Below are positions 9,643 to 19,935 of a stretch of DNA of 32,000 bases, one piece after another. The translations under genes and the position numbers were made by a program. How positions within the stretch are numbered: position 1 is the stretch's first letter; each line of letters begins with the position of its first letter. The notes under the pieces were generated by a model that searched no databases, was not told the DNA's origin, and saw only the letters and a list, made by a program, of their open reading frames with translations. The stretch is from Alkalilimnicola ehrlichii MLHE-1 (GTDB lineage: Bacteria; Pseudomonadota; Gammaproteobacteria; Nitrococcales; Halorhodospiraceae), in contig NC_008340.1 of the NCBI RefSeq assembly GCF_000014785.1, positions 2,550,001-2,582,000 of the forward strand. The letters are read 5' to 3'.

Positions 9643-9700
9643 AGTGGGGGCGGGTCCCCGCTCGCAGTGACAGTGGGGGTGGGTCCCCGCTCGCAGTGAC
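9638..9700. repeat. Short 29-bp tandem repeat of the element's right end
   Basis: GTGACAGTGGGGGCGGGTCCCCGCTCGCA / GTGACAGTGGGGGTGGGTCCCCGCTCGCA / GTGAC; starts at 9638, 9667, 9696. Confidence 0.8.
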
Positions 9701-9750
9701 GGTGGGGGTGGCGCTTTCCGCCGTGACGGTGGGGCTGGGGCGGCCGCTGC

Positions 9751-10599
9751 TCAGGGGCCGACCATGCGGTTGCGCAGCGCGCCCAGCCCCTCGATCTCGC
9801 ACTCCACGACATCCCCCGGCTGCAGGTACTCCGGCGGCGTGCGGGCGAATCCGACGCCGGCCGGGGTGCCGGTGGCGATCATGTCTCCGGGCTGCAGGGT
9901 CATGACGCTGGAGAGCGTCGCGATGGTCTCGGCGATGGAGAACACCATCTGCCGGGTGTCACCGTCCTGCTTGAGATCGCCGTTGACGCGGCAGGTCAGA
10001 CGCAGTGCCTGCGGGTCCGGCACCGCATCGGCGGTGGTGATCCAGGGGCCCATGGGGCAACTGCCATCCATGGACTTGCCCAGGAAAAACTGCTTGTGCC
10101 GGAACTGCAGGTCACGGGCCGACAGGTCGTTGACCACCGTATAGCCGAAGACATGCTCCAGCGCCCGCGCCTGCGGGATATGCCGCCCGCCGCGGCCGAT
10201 CACCACCCCGAGTTCCACCTCCCAGTCCAGCTGTTCGGTGACCCGCGGGTCCACCCGCACATCGGCGTAGGGCCCGGTCACCGAGGTGGTGGCCTTGGTG
10301 AACACCACCGGCGCCTCCGGCAGCTTCCAGTCCCGGCCCTTTGCGGCCATGGACTCCTGCGCGTGGTCGGCGTAATTGAGCCCCAGACACATGACATTGC
10401 GCCGGGGCACCGGGAGGGGGGCCAGGAAGGTGACCCGGTCGGCGGGAATCGGCGCGGCATCGGCCTCACGGGGGGCCTCGCCGGATTCCAGCAGGGCCTG
10501 CACGCTGTCGTGACCGGCCAGCGGCGTGACCTGACGCCCATCCTCGCTGACGGCGACCGCGAGGGAACGCCCTTCGTGTTGCACGGTGGCGATACGCAT
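9751..10599 (-). CDS. Fumarylacetoacetate hydrolase (FAH) family protein
   Basis: 282 aa; CLGLNYADHAQE, DWEVELGVVIGRGGRHI, GYTVVNDLSARDLQ, KSMDGSCPMGPWI, MIATGTPAGVGF. Confidence 0.92.
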   Translation of the reverse strand: MRIATVQHEGRSLAVAVSEDGRQVTPLAGHDSVQALLESGEAPREADAAPIPADRVTFLAPLPVPRRNVMCLGLNYADHAQESMAAKGRDWKLPEAPVVFTKATTSVTGPYADVRVDPRVTEQLDWEVELGVVIGRGGRHIPQARALEHVFGYTVVNDLSARDLQFRHKQFFLGKSMDGSCPMGPWITTADAVPDPQALRLTCRVNGDLKQDGDTRQMVFSIAETIATLSSVMTLQPGDMIATGTPAGVGFARTPPEYLQPGDVVECEIEGLGALRNRMVGP

Positions 10600-10633
10600 G
10601 ATGTCCTCCCGGGTTCGATGGTGCTCGGGGCGT

Positions 10634-11647
10634 TCAGCCGGCCGCCCGCATCATGGCCACGGCCGTGTCCAGCATGCGGTTGGCGAACCCCCACTCATTG
10701 TCGTACCAGGCGCAGATCTTCACCAGCCGTCCCTTCACCTTGGTGAGGGTGGCATCGAACACCGCCGAGGCCGGGTGGTGGTTGAAGTCGATGGAGACCA
10801 GCGGGTCGTCGTTCACCGCCAGGACCCCGGCCATGGGCCCGGCCGCGGCGGCGCGGATGATCTCGTGCACCTCCTCCACCGAGGTCGCCCGCCCGGCGTC
10901 GAAGGTCAGATCCACCAGCGAGACATTCAGCGTGGGCACGCGCATGGCGTAGCCATCCAGCCGCCCGGCCATCTCCGGCAGCACCAGCCCCAGTGCCCGG
11001 GTGGCCCCGGTCTTGGTGGGGACCTGGCTCAGGGTGGCCGAACGGGCCCGGCGCAAATCGGCATGGGGTGAATCGGTGAGCACTTGGTCGTTGGTGTAGG
11101 CGTGGATGGTGGTCAGCAGCCCCTGCTCGATGCCCAGCGCCCGGTGCAGCGGCTGCACGATGGGCGCCAGGCAGTTGGTGGTGCAGGAGGCGTTGGAGAC
11201 CACCGTGTGTTCGGCCCGCAGGATATCGTGATTGACCCCGTAACAGACGGTGGCGTCCACCTCCGGCCCGCCCGGCGCGGAGATCAGCACCTTGCGGGCA
11301 CCGGCCCGCAGGTGGCGCTCTGCCTGCTCGCGGCTGGCAAAGCGGCCGGTGCACTCCATGACCAGGTCCACCCCCAGCGCCTCCCAGGGCAGGCGATCCG
11401 GGTCACGTTCCGAGGTGTAGCGGATGCGGTCGCCGTTGACCACCAGCTCGCCCTCCCCGGTCTGCACATCGCCCGGGAACCGCCCGTGCGTGGTGTCGTG
11501 GCGGGTCAGATGGGCGGCCGTGCGCAGTTCGCACAGGTCGTTGACCGCCACGATACGCAGCTCATCGCTGCGCCCCGACTCATAGAGCGCCCGCAGAACG
11601 CCCCGCCCAATCCGGCCGTAGCCGTTGATCGCCACCTTGATGGCCAT
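10634..11647 (-). CDS. gap: Type I glyceraldehyde-3-phosphate dehydrogenase family (Gap or erythrose-4-phosphate dehydrogenase-like)
   Basis: 337 aa; [80 protein letters not shown]. Confidence 0.9.
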   Translation of the reverse strand: MAIKVAINGYGRIGRGVLRALYESGRSDELRIVAVNDLCELRTAAHLTRHDTTHGRFPGDVQTGEGELVVNGDRIRYTSERDPDRLPWEALGVDLVMECTGRFASREQAERHLRAGARKVLISAPGGPEVDATVCYGVNHDILRAEHTVVSNASCTTNCLAPIVQPLHRALGIEQGLLTTIHAYTNDQVLTDSPHADLRRARSATLSQVPTKTGATRALGLVLPEMAGRLDGYAMRVPTLNVSLVDLTFDAGRATSVEEVHEIIRAAAAGPMAGVLAVNDDPLVSIDFNHHPASAVFDATLTKVKGRLVKICAWYDNEWGFANRMLDTAVAMMRAAG

Positions 11648-11718
11648 AGTATCCCTCGTTCAACCCGAATGATTGCCCGCCGACCACCGCCGCAGGCCCC
11701 TTGGCGCCCCCTCCCCCC

Positions 11719-11794
11719 GTCATCGCGAGGGCCGAAGGCCCGTGGCGATCCAGAGGGGTAGACTGCCACGTCGGCTTCGCCTCCTCGCAGTGAC
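11719..11794. repeat. 76-bp imperfect palindromic intergenic element
   Basis: GTCATCGCGAGGGCCGAAGGCCCGTGGCGATCCAGAGGGGTAGACTGCCACGTCGGCTTCGCCTCCTCGCAGTGAC. Confidence 0.85.
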
Positions 11795-11839
11795 GGGGCG
11801 GGCCCTCGCTCGCCGTAACCGTTGGAGACTGGGCTGCGC

Positions 11840-13840
11840 TCAGATCACCGTGGTGCTGGCCTTGACCACCGCGTCGACGTTGATGCCGAAATGCTCGTAG
11901 AGTGCCGGCCCCGGTGCCGACTCGCCGAAGGTGTCGATGCCGATCACCCGGCCGCGGTCGCCCAGCAGCGCCTGCCAGGGCATCGGGTGGGCCGCCTCCA
12001 TGGCGATCACCGGCACCCCCGCCGGCAGCACCGCCTCGCGGTAGTCGGCCGGCTGCGACTGGAACACCTCCAGACAGGGCATGGACACCACCCGCACCCG
12101 CCGGCCCCGGTCGGCCAGCCGCTCGGCCGCCTCCACCATGATCGCCACCTCACTGCCGGTGGCCATCAGGATCAGCTCCGCCTCACCCTGCTTGGGCTCG
12201 GCCAGCACATAACCGCCGCGCCGAATCAACGCCACCTGCTCGTCGGTGCGCTGCTGCGCCACCAACCCCTGGCGCGAGAGCGCCAGCAGACTCGGCCCGT
12301 CACGGCGCTCCAGCGCCGCCTGCCACGCCGCCTGGGTCTCAATGGCATCGCACGGGCGCCAGACATCCAGCCCCGGGATCATGCGCAGACTCCCCAGATG
12401 CTCCACCGGCTGGTGGGTCGGGCCATCCTCGCCCAGACCGATAGAGTCGTGGGTGTGGACAAAGATCTGCTGTATGCCCATCAGCGCCGCCATGCGGATG
12501 GCGTTGCGCGCGTAATCGGAGAACACCAGAAAGGTGCCGGTGTAGGGGATGAACCCGCCGTGCAGCGCCAGCCCGTTGGCAATGGCGCTCATGCCGAACT
12601 CACGCACCCCGTAGTGGAGGTAATTGCCATCGGCGTCGGCCTTCGCCCCGCCGATCACCGCGCAGTCTTCCCACTTGGTGTTGTTGGAGCCGGACAGGTC
12701 CGCCGAGCCGCCGAGCAGCTCCGGCAGGTACGGCCCCAGCCGGTTGAGCGCCTGCTCCGAGGCCTTGCGCGTGGCCACCTTGGCCGACTCGTCCACCGCC
12801 TCGGCCAGCGCCTCCTCGGCGTGCTGGGCAAACCGCTCGGGCAGCGCGCCCTTCATCCGCCGCTCAAACTCCGCCGCCATCTCCGGGTGCGCCTTGCGGT
12901 AAGCGGCCAGCCGCTCGTGCCAGGCCGCCTCCAACTGCTTGCCGCGCGCCCGCGCATCCCACCCGCTGTAGATCTCGCGCGGGATCTCAAACGGCCCGTG
13001 CTCCCACTTCAGGAACTCGCGCGTGGCCTGGATCTCCTCATCGCCCAGCGGCGCACCGTGCACCCCGTGGGTGCCGCAGACGTTGGGCGCGCCAAAGCCG
13101 ATCACCGTCTTGCAGCAGATCAGGCTCGGCCGGTCGGTCACCGCACGCGCCTCATCAATGGCGCGCTTGATCGCCTCCGAATCGTGCCCGTCCACCTCGC
13201 GCACCACATGCCAGCCGTAAGCCTCAAACCGGCCCGGCGTATCGTCGGTGAACCAGCCCTCCACCTTGCCGTCAATGGAGATGCCGTTGTCGTCGTAAAA
13301 ACCGATCAGCTTGCCCAGCTTCCATGTGCCGGCCAGCGAGCAGGCCTCGTGACTCACCCCCTCCATCAGACAGCCATCGCCCAGGAAGCAGTAGGTCCAG
13401 TGATCCACCAGCTCGTGGCCCGGGCGGTTGAACTGCGCGGCCAGGGTGCGCTCGGCCAGCGCCAGCCCCACCGCGTTGGCCAGCCCCTGGCCCAGCGGCC
13501 CGGTGGTGGTCTCCACCCCCGCGGTGTAGCCGTACTCCGGGTGACCGGGGGTCCTGGAGTGCAGTTGGCGGAAGGCCTTCAGATCGTCAATGCCCAGCTC
13601 ATAGCCCGACAGGTGCAGCAGGCTGTAAAGCAGCATCGAGCCGTGACCGTTGGAGAGCACAAACCGGTCCCGGTCCCACCAGTGGGGGTTGGCCGGGTTG
13701 TGGCGCAGATAGTCGTTCCACAGCACTTCGGCAATATCCGCCATGCCCATGGGCGCGCCCGGGTGACCGGAATGGGCGCGCTGCACCGCGTCCATGGACA
13801 GGGCTCGGATGGCATTGGCCAGATCTCGGCGTGTGGGCAT
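11840..13840 (-). CDS. tkt: Transketolase
   Basis: 666 aa; [88 protein letters not shown]. Confidence 0.97.
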   Translation of the reverse strand: MPTRRDLANAIRALSMDAVQRAHSGHPGAPMGMADIAEVLWNDYLRHNPANPHWWDRDRFVLSNGHGSMLLYSLLHLSGYELGIDDLKAFRQLHSRTPGHPEYGYTAGVETTTGPLGQGLANAVGLALAERTLAAQFNRPGHELVDHWTYCFLGDGCLMEGVSHEACSLAGTWKLGKLIGFYDDNGISIDGKVEGWFTDDTPGRFEAYGWHVVREVDGHDSEAIKRAIDEARAVTDRPSLICCKTVIGFGAPNVCGTHGVHGAPLGDEEIQATREFLKWEHGPFEIPREIYSGWDARARGKQLEAAWHERLAAYRKAHPEMAAEFERRMKGALPERFAQHAEEALAEAVDESAKVATRKASEQALNRLGPYLPELLGGSADLSGSNNTKWEDCAVIGGAKADADGNYLHYGVREFGMSAIANGLALHGGFIPYTGTFLVFSDYARNAIRMAALMGIQQIFVHTHDSIGLGEDGPTHQPVEHLGSLRMIPGLDVWRPCDAIETQAAWQAALERRDGPSLLALSRQGLVAQQRTDEQVALIRRGGYVLAEPKQGEAELILMATGSEVAIMVEAAERLADRGRRVRVVSMPCLEVFQSQPADYREAVLPAGVPVIAMEAAHPMPWQALLGDRGRVIGIDTFGESAPGPALYEHFGINVDAVVKASTTVI

Positions 13841-14034
13841 TACGGTTCCCCCGGGGTTGCATATAGATCAAGGGCGCTTATTGTCCTGTAGAGCCGGGTC
13901 GCCGGCAAGTTGGCGGGCCTCGCACTCACCGGGTGAGACCGCTACAATCGGCAGTTCGTCGAAAACGGCACCGCAAACACCCGTCGCGGCCACGCAACCG
14001 GGCGCGAGACAACCACAACACAGAGGAGCTTGGG

Positions 14035-15192
14035 GTGAGCGAATACCTGTTCACGTCAGAGTCGGTTTCCGAGGGCCATCCGGACAAGATGGCGGACCAG
14101 ATCTCCGACGCCGTGCTCGATGCCATCCTCGCCGAAGACCCCAGGGGCCGGATCGCCTGCGAGACGATGATCAAGACCGGAATCATCATCCTGGGCGGCG
14201 AGGTGACCACCTCGGCCAACATCGACTACGAGGCCGTGGCCCGGGAGACGGTCAAGCGCATCGGCTACAAACACCACGAGATGGGCTTCGATGGCGAGAC
14301 CTGCGGGGTCATCAACATCCTCGGCAAGCAGTCGGTGGACATCGCCCAGGGGGTCGACCGCGACCATCCGGAGGAACAGGGTGCCGGCGACCAGGGGCTG
14401 ATGTTCGGCTACGCCAGCAACGAGACCGATGTGCTGATGCCCGCCCCGATCACCTACGCCCACCGGCTGGTACAGCGCCAAGCGGAGGTGCGCTGTAACG
14501 GCCAGCTGCCCTGGCTGCGTCCGGATGCCAAGAGCCAGGTCACCCTGCGCTACGTGGACGGCCGCCCGGTGGCGGTGGACACGGTGGTGCTCTCCACCCA
14601 GCACGCCCCCGACCTCACCCAAGCCCAGGTGCACGAGGCGGTGATCGAGGAGATCATCAAGCCGGTATTGCCCGAGCAGTGGATCACCGGCGAGACCCGC
14701 TACCTGGTGAACCCCACCGGTCGCTTCGTGATCGGTGGCCCGGTGGGCGACTGCGGCCTGACCGGACGCAAGATCATTGTCGACACCTACGGCGGCATGG
14801 CCCGCCACGGCGGCGGCTGCTTCTCGGGCAAGGACCCGTCCAAGGTGGACCGCTCCGCCGCCTACGCCTGCCGCTACGTGGCCAAGAACATCGTCGCCGC
14901 AGGGCTCGCCGAGCGCTGTGAGATCCAGGTCTCCTACGCCATCGGCGTGGCCGAACCCACCTCCATCAGCGTGGAGACCTTCGGCACCGGCCGCGTGGAC
15001 AGCGAGAAGCTGACCCGCATCGTGCGCGAGCACTTCGACCTGCGCCCCTACGGCATCCTGAAGATGCTCGACCTGATCCGCCCGATCTACACCGCCACGG
15101 CCGCCTACGGCCACTTTGGCCGCGAGGACGAGGGCTTCCCCTGGGAGCGCATCGACCGCGCCGAGGAGATCCGCGACGCGGCCGGCCTGTAG
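14035..15192 (+). CDS. metK: S-adenosylmethionine synthetase
   Basis: 385 aa from GTG 14035: (M)[134 protein letters not shown] just upstream. Confidence 0.96.
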   Translation: MSEYLFTSESVSEGHPDKMADQISDAVLDAILAEDPRGRIACETMIKTGIIILGGEVTTSANIDYEAVARETVKRIGYKHHEMGFDGETCGVINILGKQSVDIAQGVDRDHPEEQGAGDQGLMFGYASNETDVLMPAPITYAHRLVQRQAEVRCNGQLPWLRPDAKSQVTLRYVDGRPVAVDTVVLSTQHAPDLTQAQVHEAVIEEIIKPVLPEQWITGETRYLVNPTGRFVIGGPVGDCGLTGRKIIVDTYGGMARHGGGCFSGKDPSKVDRSAAYACRYVAKNIVAAGLAERCEIQVSYAIGVAEPTSISVETFGTGRVDSEKLTRIVREHFDLRPYGILKMLDLIRPIYTATAAYGHFGREDEGFPWERIDRAEEIRDAAGL

Positions 15193-15213
15193 CGGGCAGA
15201 GCACCCGGCGCCG

Positions 15214-15290
15214 CCCCGAGGAGCGCTGCAACAGGGCCGCCGGCCCTGCCAGGCTCGGGGATGGCGCCCCATCGTTCCAACGGCGCTCAG
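15214..15290 (+). ncRNA. SAH riboswitch upstream of ahcY
   Basis: CCCCGAGGAGCGCTGCAACAGGGCCGCCGGCCCTGCCAGGCTCGGGG...AACGGCGCTCAG. P1 CCCCGAG 15214-15220 / CTCGGGG 15254-15260; P2 CAGGGCC 15232-15238 / GGCCCTG 15242-15248; optional hairpin GATGG 15260-15264 / CCATC 15269-15273; pseudoknot GAGCGC 15221-15226 / GCGCTC 15283-15288. Located 20 nt before the ahcY start. Confidence 0.92.
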
Positions 15291-15309
15291 CGAAATCGGA
15301 GTCTGCACC

Positions 15310-16722
15310 ATGAATGCTGTCGTGGATACCAACGCCAACGACTACATCGTGCGCGACATCGGCCTCGCTGACTGGGGCCGTAAGGAAATCGCCATCGCCG
15401 AGACAGAGATGCCCGGCCTGATGGCGGTGCGCGAGGAATACCGCAACGAGCAGCCGCTCAAGGGCGCCCGCATCGCCGGGAGCCTGCACATGACCATCCA
15501 GACCGCCGTGCTCATTGAGGCGCTGATCGAGCTGGGGGCCGAGGTGCGCTGGGCGTCCTGCAACATCTACTCCACCCAGGATCACGCCGCCGCGGCCATC
15601 GCCGCCCAGGGCATCCCGGTGTTCGCCTACAAGGGCGAGACCCTGGATGAGTACTGGGACTACTGCCACCGGATCTTCGAGTTCGAGGGCGAGCCGGCCA
15701 ACATGATCCTCGACGACGGCGGCGATGCCACCCTGCTGCTCAACCTGGGCGCCAAAGCCGAGCAGGACGCCTCTGTGCTGGACAACCCGGGCAGCGACGA
15801 GGAAAAGGCCCTGTTCGTCGCCATCCGCAACCGCCTGGAGAGCCAGCCTGGTTGGTACAGCGAGCGGCTGGCCGCCATCCAGGGGGTCACCGAGGAGACC
15901 ACCACCGGCGTCAACCGCCTGGTGCGCATGGCCAACGAGGGCACCCTGCCCTTCCCCGCCATCAACGTGAACGACTCGGTCACCAAGTCCAAGTTCGACA
16001 ACCTCTACGGCTGCCGCGAATCGCTGCTGGACGGCATCAAGCGGGCCACCGACGTGATGATCGCCGGCAAGATCTGCGTGGTGGCGGGCTACGGCGACGT
16101 GGGCAAGGGCTGCGCCCAGAGCCTCCGCGGCCAGGGCGCCACCGTCTGGATCACCGAGATCGACCCCATCTGTGCCCTGCAGGCGGCCATGGAGGGCTAC
16201 CGGGTGGTCACCATGGACGAGGCCGCTGACAAGGCGGACATCTTCGTCACCGCCACCGGCAACTACCACGTGATCACCGGCGAACACCTGAGGGCGATGA
16301 AGCACAACGCCATCGTCTGCAACATCGGCCACTTCGACAACGAGATTGACGTGGCCAGCCTGCGCGACTGCGAGTGGGACAACATCAAGCCGCAGGTGGA
16401 CCACATCACCCTGCCCAGCGGCAACAAGATCATCCTGCTGGCCGAGGGCCGGCTGGTGAACCTGGGCTGCGCCACCGGGCACCCGAGCTTCGTGATGTCC
16501 AACTCCTTCACCAACCAGGTGTTGGCCCAAATCGAGCTGTTCGCCCACGGGGAGAAGTACGACAAGCAGGTCTACGTGCTGCCCAAGCACCTGGACGAGA
16601 AGGTCGCGCAGCTCCACCTGCAGAAGATCGGCGCACAACTGACAGCGCTGACCCCGGAACAGGCGGAATACATCGGCGTGCCGGTGGAGGGGCCTTACAA
16701 GCCGGAACACTACCGGTACTGA
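15310..16722 (+). CDS. ahcY: Adenosylhomocysteinase
   Basis: 470 aa; [87 protein letters not shown]-terminal KPEHYRY. Confidence 0.97.
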   Translation: MNAVVDTNANDYIVRDIGLADWGRKEIAIAETEMPGLMAVREEYRNEQPLKGARIAGSLHMTIQTAVLIEALIELGAEVRWASCNIYSTQDHAAAAIAAQGIPVFAYKGETLDEYWDYCHRIFEFEGEPANMILDDGGDATLLLNLGAKAEQDASVLDNPGSDEEKALFVAIRNRLESQPGWYSERLAAIQGVTEETTTGVNRLVRMANEGTLPFPAINVNDSVTKSKFDNLYGCRESLLDGIKRATDVMIAGKICVVAGYGDVGKGCAQSLRGQGATVWITEIDPICALQAAMEGYRVVTMDEAADKADIFVTATGNYHVITGEHLRAMKHNAIVCNIGHFDNEIDVASLRDCEWDNIKPQVDHITLPSGNKIILLAEGRLVNLGCATGHPSFVMSNSFTNQVLAQIELFAHGEKYDKQVYVLPKHLDEKVAQLHLQKIGAQLTALTPEQAEYIGVPVEGPYKPEHYRY

Positions 16723-16730
16723 CGGGGGAC

Positions 16731-17466
16731 CGTCACTGCGAGGAGGCGAAGCCGACGTGGCAGTCTACCGCCCTGGATCGCCACGGGCCTGCGGCCCTCG
16801 CGATGACGGGGGTGGCGCCCCACCGTCACTGCGAGGAGGCGAAGCCGACGCGGCAGTCTACCGCCCTGGATCGCCACGGGCCTGCGGCCCTCGCGATGAC
16901 GGGGGTGGCGCCCCCACCGTCACTGCGAGGAGGCGAAGCCGACGCGGCAGTCCACCGCCCTGGATCGCCACGGGCCTGCGGCCCTCGCGATGACGGGGGT
17001 GGCGCCCCACCGTCACTGCGAGGAGGCGAAGCCGACGCGGCAGTCTACCGCCCTGGATCGCCACGGGCCTGCGGCCCTCGCGATGACGGGGGTGGCGCCC
17101 CCACCGTCACTGCGAGGAGGCGAAGCCGACGCGGCAGTCCACCGCCCTGGATCGCCACGGGCCTGCGGCCCTCGCGATGACGGGGGTGGCGCCCCACCGT
17201 CACTGCGAGGAGGCGAAGCCGACGCGGCAGTCCACCGCCCTGGATCGCCACGGGCCTGCGGCCCTCGCGATGACGGGGGTGGCGCCCCACCGTCACTGCG
17301 AGGAGGCGAAGCCGACGCGGCAGTCTACCGCCCTGGATCGCCACGGGCCTGCGGCCCTCGCGATGACGGGGGTGGCGCCCCCACCGTCACTGCGAGGAGG
17401 CGAAGCCGACGCGGCAGTCTACCGCCCTGGATCGCCACGGGCCTGCGGCCCTCGCGATGACGGGAG
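16731..17466. repeat. Tandem array of eight ~93/94-bp imperfect palindromic units
   Basis: Unit CGTCACTGCGAGGAGGCGAAGCCGACG(C/T)GGCAGTC(T/C)ACCGCCCTGGATCGCCACGGGCCTGCGGCCCTCGCGATGACGGGGGTGGCGCCCC(C)AC; units start at 16731, 16824, 16918, 17011, 17105, 17198, 17291, 17385. Confidence 0.97.
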
Positions 17467-17535
17467 GAAGCCTTCGCCTTCGGGATGACGAAGGAAAACA
17501 TTCGGCCCTCGGGATGACGGTGGCGGCGCCCCCGT

Positions 17536-18423
17536 TTGAAAACAGCCCTCAGCATGGAACAATCTCAGACGATGGAATCCCAGAAACAACACCCCCCGGT
17601 CTACAGCTGCGAGTTCTTCCCCCCGCGCACCGAGCAGGGGGTGGAGAAGCTACGTACCACCCGTGAGCGCCTCGCGCGCCTGAACCCGGCCTACTTCTCG
17701 GTGACCTTCGGCGCCGGCGGCTCCACCCGCGACCGCACCTACGAGACGGTCACCGAGATCCAGCGCAGCGGCCTGGAGGCCGCGCCGCACATCTCCTGCA
17801 TCGGCTCCACCCGGGAGAGCATCCGCGAGCTGCTGCACGGCTATCGGGAACAGGGCATCCGCCGCATCGTCGCCCTGCGCGGCGACATGCCCTCCGGCAC
17901 CCGCGACGTAGGCGAGTTCCGCTACGCCAACGAACTGGTGGCCTTCATCCGCGCGGAGACCGGCGACCACTTCCACATCGAGGTGGCCTGCTACCCGGAG
18001 TTCCACCCGCAGGCCCGCGACGCCGAGGCCGACATGGACAACTTCGCCCGCAAGGTCGAGGCCGGGGCCGACGCCGCCATCACCCAGTACTTCTTCAACG
18101 CCGACGCCTACTTTCACTTCGTCGGCCAAGCGGAGAAACGGGGCGTGACCCTCCCCATCGTCCCGGGCATCATGCCCATCATCAACTTCACCCAGCTGGC
18201 CCGCTTCTCCGACGCCTGCGGCGCCGAGATCCCGCGCTGGCTGCGCAAGCGGCTGGAGGCCTATGGCGACGACAAGGCCGCCATCCAGGCCCTGGGCCAT
18301 GAGGTGGTGCGGGATCTCTGCCAGCGGCTACTGGACGGCGGCGCCCCGGGGCTGCATTTTTACAGCATGAACCAGGCGCGCCCGGTGGAGCGCCTGTGGG
18401 CCGACCTGCAGCTCCCCCGCTGA
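17536..18423 (+). CDS. metF: 5,10-methylenetetrahydrofolate reductase
   Basis: 295 aa; YSCEFFPPRTEQGVEKLR, YFSVTFGAGGSTRDRTYETV, HISCIGSTRESI, VALRGDMP, ITQYFFNADAYFHFV, GLHFYSMNQA. Confidence 0.95.
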   Translation: MKTALSMEQSQTMESQKQHPPVYSCEFFPPRTEQGVEKLRTTRERLARLNPAYFSVTFGAGGSTRDRTYETVTEIQRSGLEAAPHISCIGSTRESIRELLHGYREQGIRRIVALRGDMPSGTRDVGEFRYANELVAFIRAETGDHFHIEVACYPEFHPQARDAEADMDNFARKVEAGADAAITQYFFNADAYFHFVGQAEKRGVTLPIVPGIMPIINFTQLARFSDACGAEIPRWLRKRLEAYGDDKAAIQALGHEVVRDLCQRLLDGGAPGLHFYSMNQARPVERLWADLQLPR

Positions 18424-18473
18424 GCGGATGGAGCCGTCCGCCCACGGCCAAACCGGGCATTGGGGGGCGCGCA

Positions 18474-18959
18474 ATGACCGGAAAGGCAGCCAAACGTCTC
18501 TGGGTCGGCTGGCGGGAGTGGATCGCCCTGCCCGCCCTGGGCATCGACCGCATCAAGGCCAAGGTGGACACCGGCGCGGCCACCTCCGCGCTGCACGCCA
18601 TCCACCTGCACCGCTTCCGTGAGGGCGGGCGGGATCGGGTGGTGTTCCAGGTGCACCCGATCCAGCGGGACGCCCACACCACCCGGGACTGCGTGGCCGA
18701 CCTGCTGGACGAGCGGGTGGTCACCAGCTCCACCGGCCACCGGGAGCGGCGCCTGGTGATCCGCACCCCCTTGCAAATCGGCGATCAGCGCTGGAATATC
18801 GAACTGACGCTGACCAACCGGGACAGCATGGGCTTTCGCATGCTCATCGGCCGCCGCGCCATGCGCGGCCACCTGTTGGTGGACCCCAGCCGCTCCTATC
18901 TGGGCGGTATCGAGCAGCACACCCCGGGCCCCCGACGCAGCCCCACATCCCGCAAATGA
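18474..18959 (+). CDS. Retropepsin-like / ATP-dependent zinc protease family protein (RimB-like)
   Basis: 161 aa from ATG 18474: [66 protein letters not shown]. Overlaps rimK start by 4 bp (ATGA). Confidence 0.85.
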   Translation: MTGKAAKRLWVGWREWIALPALGIDRIKAKVDTGAATSALHAIHLHRFREGGRDRVVFQVHPIQRDAHTTRDCVADLLDERVVTSSTGHRERRLVIRTPLQIGDQRWNIELTLTNRDSMGFRMLIGRRAMRGHLLVDPSRSYLGGIEQHTPGPRRSPTSRK

Positions 18960-19891
18960 GTGAGCCCGCAGGCATGCCCGAAGCGATGAACATCCTGATC
19001 CTGTCGCGCAACAGCCGGCTCTACTCCACCCGGCGTCTGGTCGAGGCGGGGCGCGAGCGCGGTCACCAGGTCCGGGTGGTGGACCCACTGCGCTGTTACA
19101 TGAACATCAGCCCCCACAAGCCCGAGATCCATTACAAGGGCGAGACGCTGGAGAACTTCGACGGCGTGATCCCCCGGATTGGGGCCTCCATCACCTTCTA
19201 CGGCACGGCCGTGTTGCGCCAGTTCGAGATAATGGGCACCTTCCCGCTCAACGAGTCGGTGGCCATCAGCCGCTCCCGCGACAAACTGCGCTCCACGCAA
19301 CTGCTGGCGCGCAAGGGGATCGGCCTGCCGATGACCACTTTCGGCTACTCGCCTGACGACACCGAGGACCTGATCAACCTGGTGGGCGGCCCGCCCATGG
19401 TCATCAAGCTGCTGGAGGGCACCCAGGGCAAGGGGGTGGTGCTGGCCGAGACCCAGCAGGCGGCGGAGAGCCTGATCGATGCCTTCCGTGGGCTAAATGT
19501 GCACTTCCTGGCCCAGGAGTACATCAAGGAGGCCGGGGGCTCGGACATCCGCTGCTTCGTGGTGGGCGAGCGGGTGGTGGCCTCCATGCGCCGACAGGCC
19601 AAGGAAGGGGAGTTCCGCTCGAACATCCACCGCGGCGGCCAGGCGAGCACGGTGCGTATCACCCCCGAGGAGCGCAGCATGGCGGTGCGTGCCGCCCGCA
19701 TCATGGGCTTGAACGTGGCCGGTGTGGACCTCATCCGCTCCGCCCATGGCTCGCTGGTGCTGGAGGTGAACTCATCGCCCGGGCTGGAGGGCATCGAGAA
19801 GGCCACCGGCAAGGACATCGCCGGCACCATCTACGCTTTCCTGGAGAAGAACGCCCGCCAGGGCAAGACCCGGACCCGGGGCCGCGGCTAG
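18956..19891 (+). CDS. rimK: ATP-grasp ligase, ribosomal protein S6 modification protein family
   Basis: 311 aa; [123 protein letters not shown]. Confidence 0.95.
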   Translation: MSEPAGMPEAMNILILSRNSRLYSTRRLVEAGRERGHQVRVVDPLRCYMNISPHKPEIHYKGETLENFDGVIPRIGASITFYGTAVLRQFEIMGTFPLNESVAISRSRDKLRSTQLLARKGIGLPMTTFGYSPDDTEDLINLVGGPPMVIKLLEGTQGKGVVLAETQQAAESLIDAFRGLNVHFLAQEYIKEAGGSDIRCFVVGERVVASMRRQAKEGEFRSNIHRGGQASTVRITPEERSMAVRAARIMGLNVAGVDLIRSAHGSLVLEVNSSPGLEGIEKATGKDIAGTIYAFLEKNARQGKTRTRGRG

Positions 19892-19935
19892 CGTTACGGC
19901 GGGACCGGACGAACGCCCGGCCCCGCGTGCCCCTA

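Noticed and set aside
11822-13891. 689-aa plus-strand ORF
   Set aside because: Antisense to transketolase, no recognisable motifs.
13841-14034. SAM riboswitch in the metK leader
   Set aside because: No recognisable SAM-I, SAM-II or SAM-IV core could be drawn; only a short inverted repeat near the -10 box.
14056-16710. 884-aa minus-strand ORF
   Set aside because: Antisense across metK, the riboswitch and ahcY; long only because of GC codon bias.
16757-17460. Repetitive ORFs translating as [31 protein letters not shown]... in several frames and both strands
   Set aside because: Simply the 93-bp (31-codon) tandem DNA repeat being open in many frames; no RBS, no motif, and the 94-bp units shift the frame.
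16731-17466. CRISPR array
   Set aside because: Whole 93/94-bp units are near identical including what would be spacers; no unique spacers and no cas genes.
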